DNA of 64,000 bases from Octopus sinensis (Eukaryota). A program made the position numbers and the translations under genes. The DNA is taken from the NCBI RefSeq assembly GCF_006345805.1, contig NC_043009.1:51894001-51958000 (forward strand), written 5' to 3'. Shown piece by piece: positions 14,161 through 27,899 of this stretch. The stretch's first letter is position 1; every line of letters begins with the position of its first letter. Under the pieces are notes generated by a model. That model worked only from the letters and a program-made list of their open reading frames with translations, was not told the origin of the DNA and made no database searches.

Positions 14161-15197
14161 GCATACATGCATTTTATATATTCATATGTGTGTGTATATC
14201 ACAATATGTAATTATATATTGTGTGCATGTGTATGTGTGTTTAATATACAGATGTTCGATATGCATATAAAGTTGATGAAAGATGATGTACTTGATGAAA
14301 TAATAAGGAAATGCACCGATCTACTCTGTTTCTGCTAAAAGAAAGCATTCTACATATCAATAATATACACAAAAACACAGAAGCCTTATACGTGTATGTG
14401 TGTGTGTATGTATGTATGTGTATGTATGTGTGTGCGCGTGTGTGCGTATATTTATGTATATGTTTGTATAAAAATACGTATATATATATATATTTGTTGT
14501 GCAAGATTTTTTATGTGAAGTCGTGTGTTGAAACAGATATTGTTATATTTCGGCAATTTGACCATTCCGAAATATAACAATATATATATATATATATATA
14601 TATATGTGATTTTTCAGAAGGAACTGTTTGAGAGTAACTTCGAAATTTCGGCTTGCTAGCTGTCATTGTTAAACTTGTCTTTGTTAAAATTAATAAATAA
14701 TATATACTTTCCTAAAATTACTGAGTTCCCTTTAAATACATTCCTTCAGTTAAATTTTAAATTATTTTTATACATAACTGCACATCAATATATTTATTGA
14801 TGCATGTAAATACAAAGAATTCAAGTTCTCAGACTACATATTTTTCAATATAATTATTTGTATAATATTTTTTCCTAAGGACACAGTCCTTTAAATTTCG
14901 AATAACGTAGTTAGTGCATTACATTAACCCCCACAATTCACTGATACTCTATTTTATCGATCACAAAAAAAACATAAATAAAGCTAATGATTTTGGCGGG
15001 ATTTGAACTCCAAACAATAACTTAGTATAACTTAGTATAACCAGTGGAAGAGGTTTCTTTTCTTTTTATTTTTGCCGACTCAGCCAATCCACTGCCGACG
15101 AGACCGATATGCATGTTCCTGAAGAGTACGATGCTATCAATTACTGAGAATCTGGTTTTTGGATCGGATCAGCTAGCCTCTTAATGAATTTCATTCG

Positions 15198-15579
15198 CTC
15201 TTTTACTTGTTTCAGTCATGTGAATGTGGCCATGCTGGAGCACCACCTTTACTCGAGCGAACCGACCCCAGGACTTATTCTTTGTAAGCCTAGTACTTAT
15301 TCTATCGGTCTCGTTTGCCGAACCGCTAAGTTACGGGGACGTAAACACACCAACATCGGTTGTCAAGTGATGTTGCGGGGACAAAAACACACACACAAAC
15401 ATATACACAACATGAATATATACATATATACGACGTGCTTCATTCAGTTTCCGTCTACCAAATCCACTCACAAGGCTTTGGTCAGCCCGAGGCTATAGTA
15501 GAAGACATTTGCCCAAGGTGCCTCGCAGTGGGACTGAACGTGGAACCATGTGGTTTGAAAGCAAGTTACTTACCACGCA
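15198..15579 (-). mobile_element. SINE family A
   Basis: Reverse-complement match to 2240-2657. Confidence 0.85.
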
Positions 15580-16138
15580 ATCAACTTCTAGTGCGTTAGT
15601 CCCACAATTTCCTTGTCTCTAACGTCCTTCTACAAGGATAAACATCTCGACTGTGATAGACTTTGTAGAATGTGTACAAGCATAGATATTCTGCTAACCA
15701 AGTATTTTCCTTAGTTTTGTCTTTATTTATAACATGGATCAAACCCTGAATGTGGGTAAGCTATAGATGCATGGTTCAATACATACCATCACAGGTATTC
15801 CATTCGTGACCTACTCTTCATGTTTTAACGTGCAGGAAAAGCAGGAAGACTTTAGACGTTGCCGTTTCTAAAAATGAAAATATTTTATAAAGATTGAGCT
15901 ATTATTTCTATTATTTCTATCACGTTGAACGTGATATAAGCTTACTTAAACTCATTCATATTTGATACACACACACCACACACACACACATATATCTATG
16001 TATGTATGTGTATATGCATAGATGGATAGATAGAGATAGAGAGCTTTACACACACTCACATATATATGTATATATATATATATATATACATACATAGAGA
16101 GAGAGATGGGTGAGAGATAGTTGGATAGACAGATATTT

Positions 16139-16181
<43 letters not shown>

Positions 16182-16750
16182 CATACATAGAGAGAGAGAG
16201 AGGTAGGTAAGAGATAGTTGAGTAGACATATATTTACACACACACACACATACATATACATATACACTTGAGTGTGTATGTAGCTATACAGAGAGAGAGA
16301 GAAAAATGTATATATATATGGTAATTGGTTCTAATTTTATAATAGAACGAATAAATTCTTAAAGCCTTGCAGCGTATCTGCTTTCAATGTGTACATTGAC
16401 TCTTCAAACTCTTATTTCCTCGTTCACACTTTTACTAAGATGCAAACAACATACATTACACCATTAAAAAAATGTCTCTAGCATTTTCAAATTTTAGACT
16501 TAATTTTTGGCTCACCAGTGAGGTTCCACGTGACCTCAATTGGACTGACGTTGCTAAAATTCAACATTTCTTGTGGCTATTTTATGCCATTCATGCTGTT
16601 TACTGTTAGCATCTTCGTCATACTTTGAACAACTTTCTAGAGTGCATTTGAGATTATAAAAATAGTTATTTTAAACTTCTCTTCGGGGCTTGTCTTTAGC
16701 TTGCAGCAAGCACGCTGCTTTGTTCTGTAATAAAGTCATCCCTTTAAATA

Positions 16751-16984
<234 letters not shown>

Positions 16985-17419
16985 TATATGTTTCTACCTC
17001 ACTACTCGCCACATCCGCACGCACCGTGTTATTTTATCACATTCATATTTACTGAAATTTTCTTCTTGAGAATTATTATGCGGAATTATGATTCTGGCTG
17101 GCATTTGCAAGAAAATTACATACCTATTTATAAGGAAAATTAGATATTTGTAACCTTTCATACTAATTCTTTTTTGTGCCTGCGAGTGTCAGGCCACTTA
17201 GCTCCATGATTAAGCCATTCTCTCCTTGTCTCCCTCCTTCCCTGCCACATTTAAAGCACATGATGTGAAGATATTTGTGATTCGTTCAAGTTTCGCTTTA
17301 ATTATTCAATTCTTCTTTCCTGTAATTCATAGAAGGTCTGGTATGGTCTGGTTTGAAGCCGTAGTGCTCTAATTAGGATATTAATAAATATCATAACGTA
17401 TATCTACTTATCCTTAAAT

Positions 17420-18110
17420 AGAACACACTCTTGAGGGTTATGAAGTGATTCCATTCTTTTTCGTCTGCACTTTCTCTTCTATTTGGGCCTTGATATTCTG
17501 AATGACATCTCGTCGCATTGGAAGGCTTCCGAGTGATGTCTTACAATCTCTCGGGCACCTCTGGATAGCTTCAAACATCCGTTTGTTGCTTGTAAACCTT
17601 GTAATATTTCCGGACCAACGAAACTCATGCTTTCGGTATTCCACAAATGCATGGCTCAGCTCAATCCGCCCTGTTCACGAATTACCTCGTTTCCTTTATG
17701 CTTGATAAAAAGATTTCTTACATGTATCTTTCTATTGGCCATCTATTTCGTAGTCAATCGCCGTCCTCCTTGTCCGTTGTAGCTCACATCATACGTCGCT
17801 ATATGAGTAGACTTAAGTAGTATTATTGAAGAGATTGATAAACAAGAACTTGTCCATCAGGGATTGTAACTGAGAGAAACTGTATCGGATTTACCTTTAC
17901 GCTGTGAGAGATCTTAGGGTTAATGTTTCGAAATACACTGACTGGCATTCTCAGGTAGAAGTTCTCTTTCACGTTCTTTATTTTGTCAGTTCCTTCCACT
18001 AACCTTACACTATGTATTTCCATGCGGTTTATTTCAAGGCCTTCTGCTGAACTCTGGGTATCTATCTCTGTCAGCAAGAACTTCTTCATTTCATCCACGA
18101 AATTATCTGA
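17420..18110 (-). mobile_element. Degraded RTE-clade LINE ORF2 3' fragment
   Basis: ORF 17438..17644 (KHEFRWSGNITRFTSNKRMFEAIQRCPRDCKTSLGSLPMR) resembles the RTE C-terminal 'WRWAGHVAR..W.PR..KR..GRP..RW' block. ORF 17823..18098 resembles the post-YADD 'GL.IN..KT' region. Confidence 0.65.
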
Positions 18111-18780
18111 TTTTAATTTCTATATTAGTGTCCCACAACAATGTAGTCTCTATTTTACAATTGTTGACATTAATAGAAAATCACGGGAAAAAAGTAATTA
18201 AATCAATATCAGTATTCTCACTTACAAAGCACATTCTTCTAATTCATGAAAACTTACTGAAAATTTCAACTTTAATATTTCTGGCAAGACTCTCCTCTCC
18301 CTCTCGTCATTCAAGCCACTTGTTCCGTGGCAAACATCTTCTCACACAAATCTTTCCCCCTTTCTCACACGTAGAAAATATATTATCGTGAGATGTTTTT
18401 GAGTAGTTGATGGTGATTTATTAACTATATAATTTCCCATTCGAATAATTGATGGAACAATTTCGTTAGGAACTACGGTACTCCGCGTTAAATATTATTA
18501 ATAATAGAATGTTTTATTAAATTAAGTTTTTGTTCATGACAAATATTTCTTCCATATATTGCTATTTTCATTTCGATAAAGTACTATACTTCATATATAT
18601 ATATATATATATATTATAATATATAATATATATATATAAATATATGGGATTATATTTTCAGAAAAAATTTAGATTCAAATGCATATGGTACTTTATTTAG
18701 ATGCACCAGAATTTTTTATGGTATTACCCATAAAATTATGTGGGGTGATTGCTTATTTTTGGGTTATATATAAATATATA

Positions 18781-18865
<85 letters not shown>

Positions 18866-19316
18866 GTATGTATGTATACATCATTAATTTATATATATAG
18901 TAACTATGGAAGACTGGTGGGATTATTATTTGTATTGACCTGATGTTTGGGTGCTATTTAGTATATAGTTTAGTTATTGTAGGTTTACTATTAATGCCGA
19001 TACAGATGCACATAGAGAAAATGTGTTTGAATATAGTGGAGTTTTCTTTTTTGCATGTTTGTTCACAAACAACACTTATTTTTGTGCTGTTGACACCGCT
19101 GCATTGAATGGTACTGCCCACGTGTCGAAACCATAATCATGTCTGTGGGGCAGCTGATGATGGAGGTATGTTGGATTGTTGGTATGACTGTTTTTACATA
19201 AGTACAATAGTGTTATAACACATCCTTTTGATATATATATATATATATATATATACATACTCATATAGATGCACACAATATTTACATCTACATACATGTA
19301 TTATATATATATATAG

Positions 19317-19353
<37 letters not shown>

Positions 19354-19647
19354 AACAGTAAGGTTTAAAGTTTATGTCAAGAAAGCAAAACAAGTTTAGA
19401 AGACTAAATAAATTTTTTCCGACAAATTCAATATGTTTGCAAAATTCACTCATTCTGTTTTGAAAGTTCTATCTTGAAGCATTAGAGCTCCTTATAAGTC
19501 AAAGAATGTGTACAAAACGTACAGTATGATAGAAAAGGTGTAGCCTGTGTCATATCGTACTTATCTAATACAGTGCCGAACGATATTAGTGGAGACCTGT
19601 TTTTGTAGCTATATTCAATAGACAAGACTATTATATAAAGGATAATT

Positions 19648-19680
<33 letters not shown>

Positions 19681-19795
19681 CTATATATATATATATATCA
19701 CTAGCTCCTACACACATTTTTCTCTCCTTGTTTTTTCTCTCCTTTTTTCTCTCCTTTTTTCCTCTCCTTTTTTTCTCTCCTTGTTTTTTTTCTAC

Positions 19796-19837
19796 GTATC
19801 TTTCTGTCGAAGGGCGTAGCCTCGAAACGTAAAATAC
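19796..19837 (+). ncRNA. Degenerate minimal type I hammerhead motif in a Penelope-like terminal-repeat fragment (~19700-19935)
   Basis: TTT-CTGTCGA-A-GGGC GTA GCCTC-GAAA-C-GTA-AAA. The core has U instead of A at position 6, so it is probably inactive. Confidence 0.5.
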
Positions 19838-20284
19838 TTTTTCTATTTCTATTCCTGAGCGCCATACTAATACATTTGTTTGTTTGTACTCTATCTGCCT
19901 TCGTCTTTTGTTTATTTTCGTAAACCTTCCCGTTATATATATATACATATATATATAAAGCAAATAAGTATCAAGGATGTCAAGGTTTTAGTGCATTGCG
20001 GCTGTTTCAGGTGGCTCCATTTAATCGAACAATGCAAGCATTACATCGATTTGAAATACACCGCCATCTTCGGATGCTTTTAATATAGGTTTTCCACATA
20101 GAGGATGCACCATTATAATTTTGGGCAAATATTTAATCTGAAGTAGAGAATGAAAAAAATTACACGCTGCTATTAACGCAGCAGAATGAAACTAGAGAGA
20201 AAATACCGTAACTATAATTTGGAGTGGCACGAGGTGTGCGGATAAAACCGGATTGACGTGGTACATCAACTTATGTACGCAATA

Positions 20285-20535
20285 AGAATCTACTTCTAGC
20301 GTAAGGGTGTCTACCTAGTGGTTACCCCGTCTTATATGTACATAATACAATTTTACTGAACCTTCATTTTTTTTATACGCTAGACTACTGGTGTGAAATT
20401 GATGTTAATTAAATTAATATTAAATTTCTCACCGTCATTTTAAATTTATATATAGCAAAAACTGTCCGATGAACGGCAACGGGAAACTCAGAGTAACAGG
20501 TTTTGTTGAATTTTCTGCTGCTTTAAATAAAGTAT
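20285..20535 (+). mobile_element. Penelope-like terminal-repeat fragment ending in a hammerhead motif
   Basis: Homologous to the right arm plus tail of 26496-26738 and 38121-38640. It ends in the HHR motif and AATAAA, followed by (TA)n. Confidence 0.6.
20457..20504 (+). ncRNA. Type I hammerhead ribozyme motif
   Basis: Stem I CTGT/ACAG, extendable with AAAA/TTTT; core CCGATGA (U4C variant); stem II CG-GCAA-CG; GAAA; stem III CTC-A-GAG; cleavage triplet GTA. Confidence 0.65.
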
Positions 20536-21689
20536 ATATATGTATATATATTGTTAAACTGTTTATGAAGTATGATATAACTATATCTCTCTCGGCATAA
20601 TATATTATGTATTAAAAGTGGAGCAGAGAAGGAAGATTGTTACAGAATGTCTTAATCGTAACAAATTTTGTAAACTAGAATTCCTTCAGTTTGCCGGGAG
20701 AAGATGCTTTAATGTTTCAAGACAAAATGAAAGTTTCAGAAGGAAGAAACGATACGTTAGTTTGCCCAATTTCCTGTTCTTTGAAGTTGTGATATGCAAT
20801 GATTCAATATAATTTCTCATATTTACAAATACTAATACTTTAATATCAACGGCGTTATTGTTTTGCCTTGAAGATCTTGAAATAAGGGGGAACAAGCAGT
20901 TTAAAATTCTGTATTTTGCGGCACCTTGAGTAAATGTCATCGAGCAATGCCGTAATGAGTGAACTTTCTAATTGGAAACGGTAAGGAAGCTCGTCATGTG
21001 TGTGTGTGTGTATGTGTGTGTGTGTGAACGTGTGTGTTTATGTGTGTATCCGACCTCACAGCCGCTCGAAAACTGGTGTTGCTTTGTTTATATCTCAGTG
21101 GTTCGGCAACAGAGACAGACAAAATAAGGGCACTACTAAAAAATACGTTGAGCACTCGACCTCTATGATTAGGATCCCTTAAAGCCATGCCCCAGAATGG
21201 TCACGTTTCAATAACTGAAACCACTAAAAGACAAAGAACACGTCATATACTACATTAATCTAATGATCCCCTCTTCCACATTTTGCAACACGCTGGTGTG
21301 GGATTTGAGGTTTTAGGTGCTGTTTCTAGCAGATGGCTCCACTACATGAATGCCTCGTCATTGTAATGGGTGGAATGGTTCTTATTGAAGAAATAGTTAG
21401 ACTGATGATGTTTTTTTGTTTTTTATTTTCTGAGAAGCTGACACCATTAACTATTCGTCTTTACCGCTATTTGCACCTCATCGAAACATAAATATAATTA
21501 AAGCCATTCCATGCATGACCATCCTGCTCTTGTATTTCAGTCAGGTAGCTACGTTATCTAGCATCTGCCTACCTTTTCGGAAGACAATAAAATGTAATTT
21601 GAGGGGCATTTGGCTGCTCTTGCTTGCTTTTGAAGCGAACATGTACAGGCTCCCTCATTGTTTCGTAATATGCTTTGTGGTGGAGATGA

Positions 21690-24600
21690 TGGTGTTGGCG
21701 GCGGTGGCTGTGTTAGAGGTGGCGTATCGACTGTGGTAGTGAGGTGATGGTACCGTGATTGTAGTTAAAGAGATAATAGTGTGACGAAATGGTAGCAATG
21801 CTGTGAGCGACGTTGATGAGGTGCTCAGAGTAGTGGAGGTTGGTGGTGATGGTAACCGTCATCGTCATCACCATCGTGTACCGAGGATGGTGTTATTAGA
21901 AGAGCGGTGGCGATGGTGGTGGTGGTTGTGGCGGTAGTCGTCGTCGTCGTCGTTGTCGATGTCGTCATCGTCATTTACTGGCCTAGATGCTACTACAAGA
22001 ATAGTGACGATGGTGGTGGTGATGTTGTTGGTGTTCGTGTAGTGGGGTATGAGTATGTTGTGATGATGGTGATGCTGGTTGTGGGGGCGGTGGAGCCGTA
22101 ACTGGTGGCGGTGGTGTTGGTGTTGGTGGTGGTGGTGTTGGTGGTAGTGGTGGTGGTGGTGATGAGGGTGCTGGTTGTGTTGGTGGTGTTGTTGGTGGTG
22201 GTGTTGGTGGTGGTGTTGGTGGTGGTGGTTGTGGTGGTGATGGTGTTGTTGGTGGTGGTGGTGTTGGTGGTGGTGTTGGTGGTGCTGTTGGTGGTGGTGT
22301 TGGTGTTGGTGGCGGTGCTGGTGCTGGTGGTGCTGGTGGTGGTGGTGGTGGTAGTGTTGCTGAGGGTGCTGGTGGTGTTGGTGTTGGATATGTGTTATTA
22401 CTAATATACATATATTCATTACTGCTCTCGGCACAAGACCCGAAATTTTGGGGGAGGGGGCCAGTCGATTAGATCGACCCCTGTACGCGACTGGTACTTA
22501 ATTTATCGACCGCGAAAGGATGAAAAGTAAAGCCGACTTCGGCGGAATTTGAACTCAGAACGTGCGATATTACGTATATTGCGACACGGTTGTATTTCTA
22601 TTTAAGATGATGGTCGTCGCTTGGTTTGTTTAACGATGGTGGCAGCGGAGATAGTAGCGACAGTGGTGTGAGTAGTGGTAGTGGTGGTAGTGTTACAAAT
22701 AATGATGATTGTGAAAGTGGTGGTAGCGGTCATAGTAGCGTTAGTGGTGGTTATTTGGTGATGGCGTTGTTTGTGACGGTGGTGCTGGCTATATTTGTGG
22801 TGATGGTATTGGTGATGGCTGTGATGGTGGTAGTGGCGATGGTGGTGGTGGTGGTGGGGGTGATGGTGATGGTGAGAGTGGTGATGGTGGTTGTAGTGGG
22901 GATGGTGGAGAGTTGATGGTTGTGATGGTGGTAGTTGTGATGGTGGCAGTGGCGATGTTGGTAGTGGCGATGGTGAGAGTGGTGATGGTGGGAGAGGTAA
23001 TGGTTGTGATGGTGGTAGTGGCGATGGTTGTGGTGGTTATGGTGGGAAAGGTAATGGTTGTGATGGTGGTACTGGCGATGGTTGTGGTGGTTATGGTGGG
23101 AAAGGTAATGGTTGTGATGGTGGTAGTGGCGATGGTTGTGGTGGTTATGGTGGGAAAGGTAATGGTTGTTATGGTGGTACTGGCGATGGTTGTGGTGGTT
23201 ATGGTGGGAAAGGTAATGGTTGTGATGGTGGTAGTGGCGATGGTTGTGGTGGTTATGGTGGGAAAGGTAATGGTTGTGATGGTGGTACTAGCGATGGTGG
23301 TGAAGGTGTTGGAGACGATGGTGGTGGTGGTGTTAGTAGTGGTGATAGTGGCTGTATTCATAGCCATAGTGGTGAAGATAATGATGATGACGATGATAAA
23401 GATGACGAAGTCGACGACGATGATGACTACGTCGACGGTAGTTTTAGCTGATGTGAAGTTAGCGGAAGCGGGTGGATGGTGAACGAGTGAAAGATGGCGG
23501 AGAAAGAGATGTCGTTTATGTCGTTTGCGGATTTGTAACTGCTGAGAAAATTCCAACGGAATCCCTTGACATTGATCGATGGACAATAAAGTGCCGAACC
23601 CAGGGTGGCGGGAAGAGGTGTAGCCGTGTTGGCGGTAGTAACAGCAGGTGTAGATGGTAGTGTGATAGTGGGAGTGGTAGTGGTCGCTTGTGTGATGGTA
23701 GTAGTCGTGGTGTGGCTTTGATATTAATTTTGATGGTGGTGGTGGTGTTGGTGGTGGTGGTGATGGTGGTGGTGATTTTAATGGTGTTGTAGACGTAGGA
23801 GTAGTTGTTTTGGTTATCAGTATTGATTATGATGGTGATAGTGGTGGTGGTGGTGGTGGGTGTTGGTGTTGGTGGGTTTCTGGGTGCGGGGGTGATATAA
23901 TAAGCGTTCACATTGGTGGCGGCGGCGGCGGCAGTTTTGATCGTGATGTTCGAGTGGTATGGCTAGTGGTGGAGCTGATAACTGTGGGAACGGTGGTGGA
24001 GGCGGCAGCTTTGGGCATGGAGGCGGTGGTGGTGGTGGTGGTGGGAGGAATTGTGGTACGGTGGTGGTGACAGTGGAGGCATTGATTTCGCTCTTGTTGT
24101 TGTTTTTGTTGTTGTTGTTGGTGGTGGTGATGGTAGTAATGGTGGTTGATGTGATCGTAGTGCTAGTAGGTTCAGCAATAGTCGTAGTGGTGATAACGAT
24201 GGGTACTTTGATGGTGGTGGTGCGGCAGTGACAATGACGGCGTCGGTAGCAGTGGTGGCAGTAGTGCTAAATTTATTATTCTTGTTGTTGTTGGTGGTGG
24301 TGGTGATGGTGGTGGTGGTGGTGATAATAATAGCAGTGATAATGGCGGGATCGTGGTAGCAGTGGAAGCCTGGTTGTTGTTGTGGTGATGGAGGTGGTTA
24401 TTGATGATGAAATTGATGATGATGATGATGAAGATGAATTTGATGATGATGAGGACGACGACGACGACGATGATGATGAGGACGACGACGACGACGATAA
24501 TGATGATGATGATGACGATGATGATGATGATGATTGTGCTAGGAACAGTGCTAGCCATAATGATGGTGGTAGCGATTGAGATGGCGCTGGTGGTGGTTCT

Positions 24601-24830
24601 GGTCGATAGAGTCGGCGTGATCGAATTAGGATACGTTTACCTACCAGATTGTACTTTGGCGGTGGGATCAGTGGTAACGGCAACGTTTGTGGTTGATATT
24701 ATTCTTAATGTTGTTATATTCGCAGATTTAGTGGCGGCGGCGTGGTGGTGGTGGTGGTGGTGGTGGTGGTGTGGTGGTGGTGGTGGTGTGGTGGTGGTGG
24801 TGAGGGTATGGAATGGGCGTGGTCGGGCGT
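21690..24830. repeat. ~3.1-kb G/T-skewed low-complexity domain of (GGT)n/(GAT)n/(GTT)n, containing a 54-bp minisatellite at 23011-23280
   Basis: Direct inspection. Interrupted by a SINE B fragment at ~22420-22563. Confidence 0.9.
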
Positions 24831-24981
24831 AATGTTGTTCCTCAGGATTGCGGGATGGATACTGAAAAACAACAAAAAAAAATGACGGGATAGAATTTTA
24901 TCACGCCGATGATGTTTATTTTGTTAAGGTGGATTTGTGAAGTACGACAATAAAGAGCAAGTTTATGAAGATAAATATCAG

Positions 24982-25083
24982 TCAGTAAACACCCCAGTCT
25001 CCACAGCCACCCGCACCATACCGAGGCCTACAACGCAGCGCCTCATAGACCTTCATTTCCAATTCCGTCAAAACATACGCTGT
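24982..25083 (-). CDS. Candidate terminal coding exon, TAYVLTELEMKVYEALRCRPRYGAGGCGDWGVY* (unknown protein)
   Basis: Unique higher-GC island between simple repeats. TTTTTACAG acceptor (AG at 25085-25084), 33 codons then TGA, and AATAAA about 60 nt downstream (24915-24920). No homolog recognised. Confidence 0.35.
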   Translation of the reverse strand, partial: TAYVLTELEMKVYEALRCRPRYGAGGCGDWGVY

Positions 25084-25222
25084 CTGTAAAAATCCTCATT
25101 GCGAAAGGACTTCAATATGGACACAGTATATTTATAAACAAATGTACTCTGATGTGTGTGTCTGTGTGTGTGTGTGTTTGCGCGCGCGTGTGTGTGTGTG
25201 TGTGTTGTGTGCGTGTGTGTGA

Positions 25223-25257
<35 letters not shown>

Positions 25258-25570
25258 TGTGTCTGTGTGTTTGAATGAGGAGACAGACTGATCGGAGGTA
25301 ATGCGTAAACAGAGAATATGTTACAAAATTTCTGTGTATGATATAAACACACACACACATCCACATTATCACACACTCCCACACACAGACACACACACAT
25401 ATATATGTACATATATGCATACACACGTAGAAACATACATATGCCTACACTTAGACATACGAGCTACACTCACACACATACATTAATGTATATGTGTGTG
25501 CGTGTGTGTATGTATATACAGAAATAGATAGATAGATTGATAGACAGGTAAATAGATAGATAGGCAAGTA

Positions 25571-25619
<49 letters not shown>

Positions 25620-26200
25620 ATATATATATATATAGATAGATACATAGATACATAGATACATACATACATTCATAGATACATACATACATACATACATACA
25701 TACATACATACATAGACAAATAGAAAAATCAGAGAGACACACAGACAGACAGGAAGATAGACTGTGAAAGATAGAAGGACTCTTTCTCGGTTTTCTGGGA
25801 GTTCTAGTCTGACACTGAACAGGGAATATCAGGAAATCGTAGATGTTTGTGAGAAGAAGGGAGAGGCGACAGTCATTAGATTGTACTCAATCTTGGAGAA
25901 ATGTGTCTTTTGTTTACTCCCAACATTGTTTTTCTGACAGATATTACAAGAAAATTGCCAGCAGTTAGACGTAAAGGAGTGAGCAGAGGAACCCAATACA
26001 GGCAGGAGGAACAACAACAGCAACAATAAACCTTAAACAACAAACACTGAATACGCAGCTATAACAGAAGTAGCAGCATGCTCAGCAACCACAATAACTA
26101 CAACTACATGAAAATGGAAACATATACGTTCATGCACTGACACGTACGCGCGCACATACACTATCTATCTATCTATCAATATATCTATCTATCTATCTAA

Positions 26201-26272
<72 letters not shown>

Positions 26273-26273
26273 G

Positions 26274-26322
<49 letters not shown>

Positions 26323-26412
26323 GTCTGTATGTATGTCTGTCTGTCTGTCTATCTATCTATATTTCACACTCGTTATCACTTTCTCTCTCTGTGTTTCTCT
26401 CTCTCTCTCTCT

Positions 26413-26495
<83 letters not shown>

Positions 26496-26738
26496 TATAT
26501 ACATATGAGAGGGATGACCACTATGTAGACAACTCTTATGCTAGAAGCGGATCCGCTATGGTCTTGCCACTAAGAAATCCACTTCTAGCATAAGGTTTGT
26601 CCACATAGTGGTCATCCCTCTCATATGTATATAAAACAATTTACTGAACCTTCAGATTTTACTATGCTAGACCACTGGTTTTAAATTGGTGCTAATCAAA
26701 TTAATATCCAATTTTCCCCCTCATTTTAAATTTATATA
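26496..26738. mobile_element. Fold-back element (~57-bp inverted arms, ~24-nt loop) with a one-sided AT-rich tail; Penelope-like repeat family
   Basis: Arms 26496-26552 and 26577-26633. The tail is homologous to 20345-20450 and 38535-38640. Confidence 0.7.
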
Positions 26739-27072
26739 TGTGTATATATAGACATATATTTGTGTATACATATATGTACACGTATACATATACATATATA
26801 CATATAAATATACATAGGCATATATGCGTGTAGATTTAGAAAAATTATCAGTTAGTGGTTATGCAACCGTGTAAGGGATAAATGTATCCGTAGGCACTAC
26901 TGGGTATTACTAAACTATGTACAGGTCTTGCTATAAGGTTAACAGCTGTTGGTAATGTAAGTGGTAAATTGCGGTTTGATATATTCCGATAAAAAAGAAA
27001 TGGAGCAGCAATTATCGATTAGAAGTAGATCATTGGTATTAAATGGTCATAGTTTAATTATAGTTAAAATAA

Positions 27073-27157
27073 CACTTACAGATGTTTCGGTTTGTTATTT
27101 TATTTTTGAGGTAAATTTGCATTTATCTCGTTCATTGTAATAAACATCGTCAGAATG
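27073..27157 (-). ncRNA. Type I hammerhead motif with extended stem II, in a Penelope-like remnant (~26830-27240)
   Basis: Reverse strand: CATT-CTGACGA-[TGTTT...GAGATAAAT GCAA ATTTACCTC...AAACC]-GAAA-CA TC TG-TA-AGTG. Confidence 0.65.
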
Positions 27158-27239
27158 ATTCGGAGATTATCAGAGGAAGATTAACAGGCGAAAAAAGGGC
27201 AAAAATAAAAGGAAAAGGAAAAAAGGAATAAAGGGAAAA

Positions 27240-27398
27240 AAGGAAACTAAATAATATTCGTCATACTGGTAACTTTCTTTAGAATTGAGATTGAACAAAC
27301 CTATGAACAAATTCGTTTCATCCGTTATGATACCATTTTATATCCTAATACTATGATGAAGACAGTATATATGCCTTATACAATATTTTCTTCTTAAA
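27240..27398 (+). repeat. ~159-bp dispersed direct repeat, copy 1 (copy 2 at 30151-30309)
   Basis: AAGGAAACTAAA..TAGAATTGAGATTGAACAAACCTATGAACAAATTCGTTTCATCCGTTATGATACC..TTCTTCTTAAA appears at both sites with few substitutions. Confidence 0.9.
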
Positions 27399-27899
27399 GG
27401 AAAAAAATAGAATATTTGCTAAGAAATGTGGCTAATATAAGCTAATAAATGTATGCACGTTACCCTGCTGCAATCAAATCCCCGATGATCTGCTGGTTCA
27501 CAGGTGGATGGCATAAGGAACTGACTGTATCTAGTCCCGTTTATATACGCACCAAATCAATTAGCGAGACAGAGTGCCACTTTTAGAAATATACTCGTTT
27601 GCATTTGACGGGTATCGTTACCTATACATAGACACATACGTACATACATACAAGAATTCATACATACATACATTCATACATACAGAGAGACAGGCAGACG
27701 GATATACACATAAATAATTCATAAACTGGAGATACGTGCTCAAGTCAAACGGGCAGACCTCATGTTAATATATATATGTGTATGCATGTATATTTATGTA
27801 TACACACACAGCCGGAGAGGCAGACAGACATACGCACACTCATTCATACATATACACACACATATAGTCATATATATATACACATACACATTCTCTTTC

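Noticed and set aside
19085-19170. CTGTTGA...GTGTCGAAAC...CTGATGA, a possible hammerhead
   Set aside because: The core boxes could not be combined with consistent stems I and III in any topology.
23011-23280. Regular repeat array that could be mistaken for CRISPR
   Set aside because: Head-to-tail units without unique spacers, in a eukaryotic context with no cas genes.
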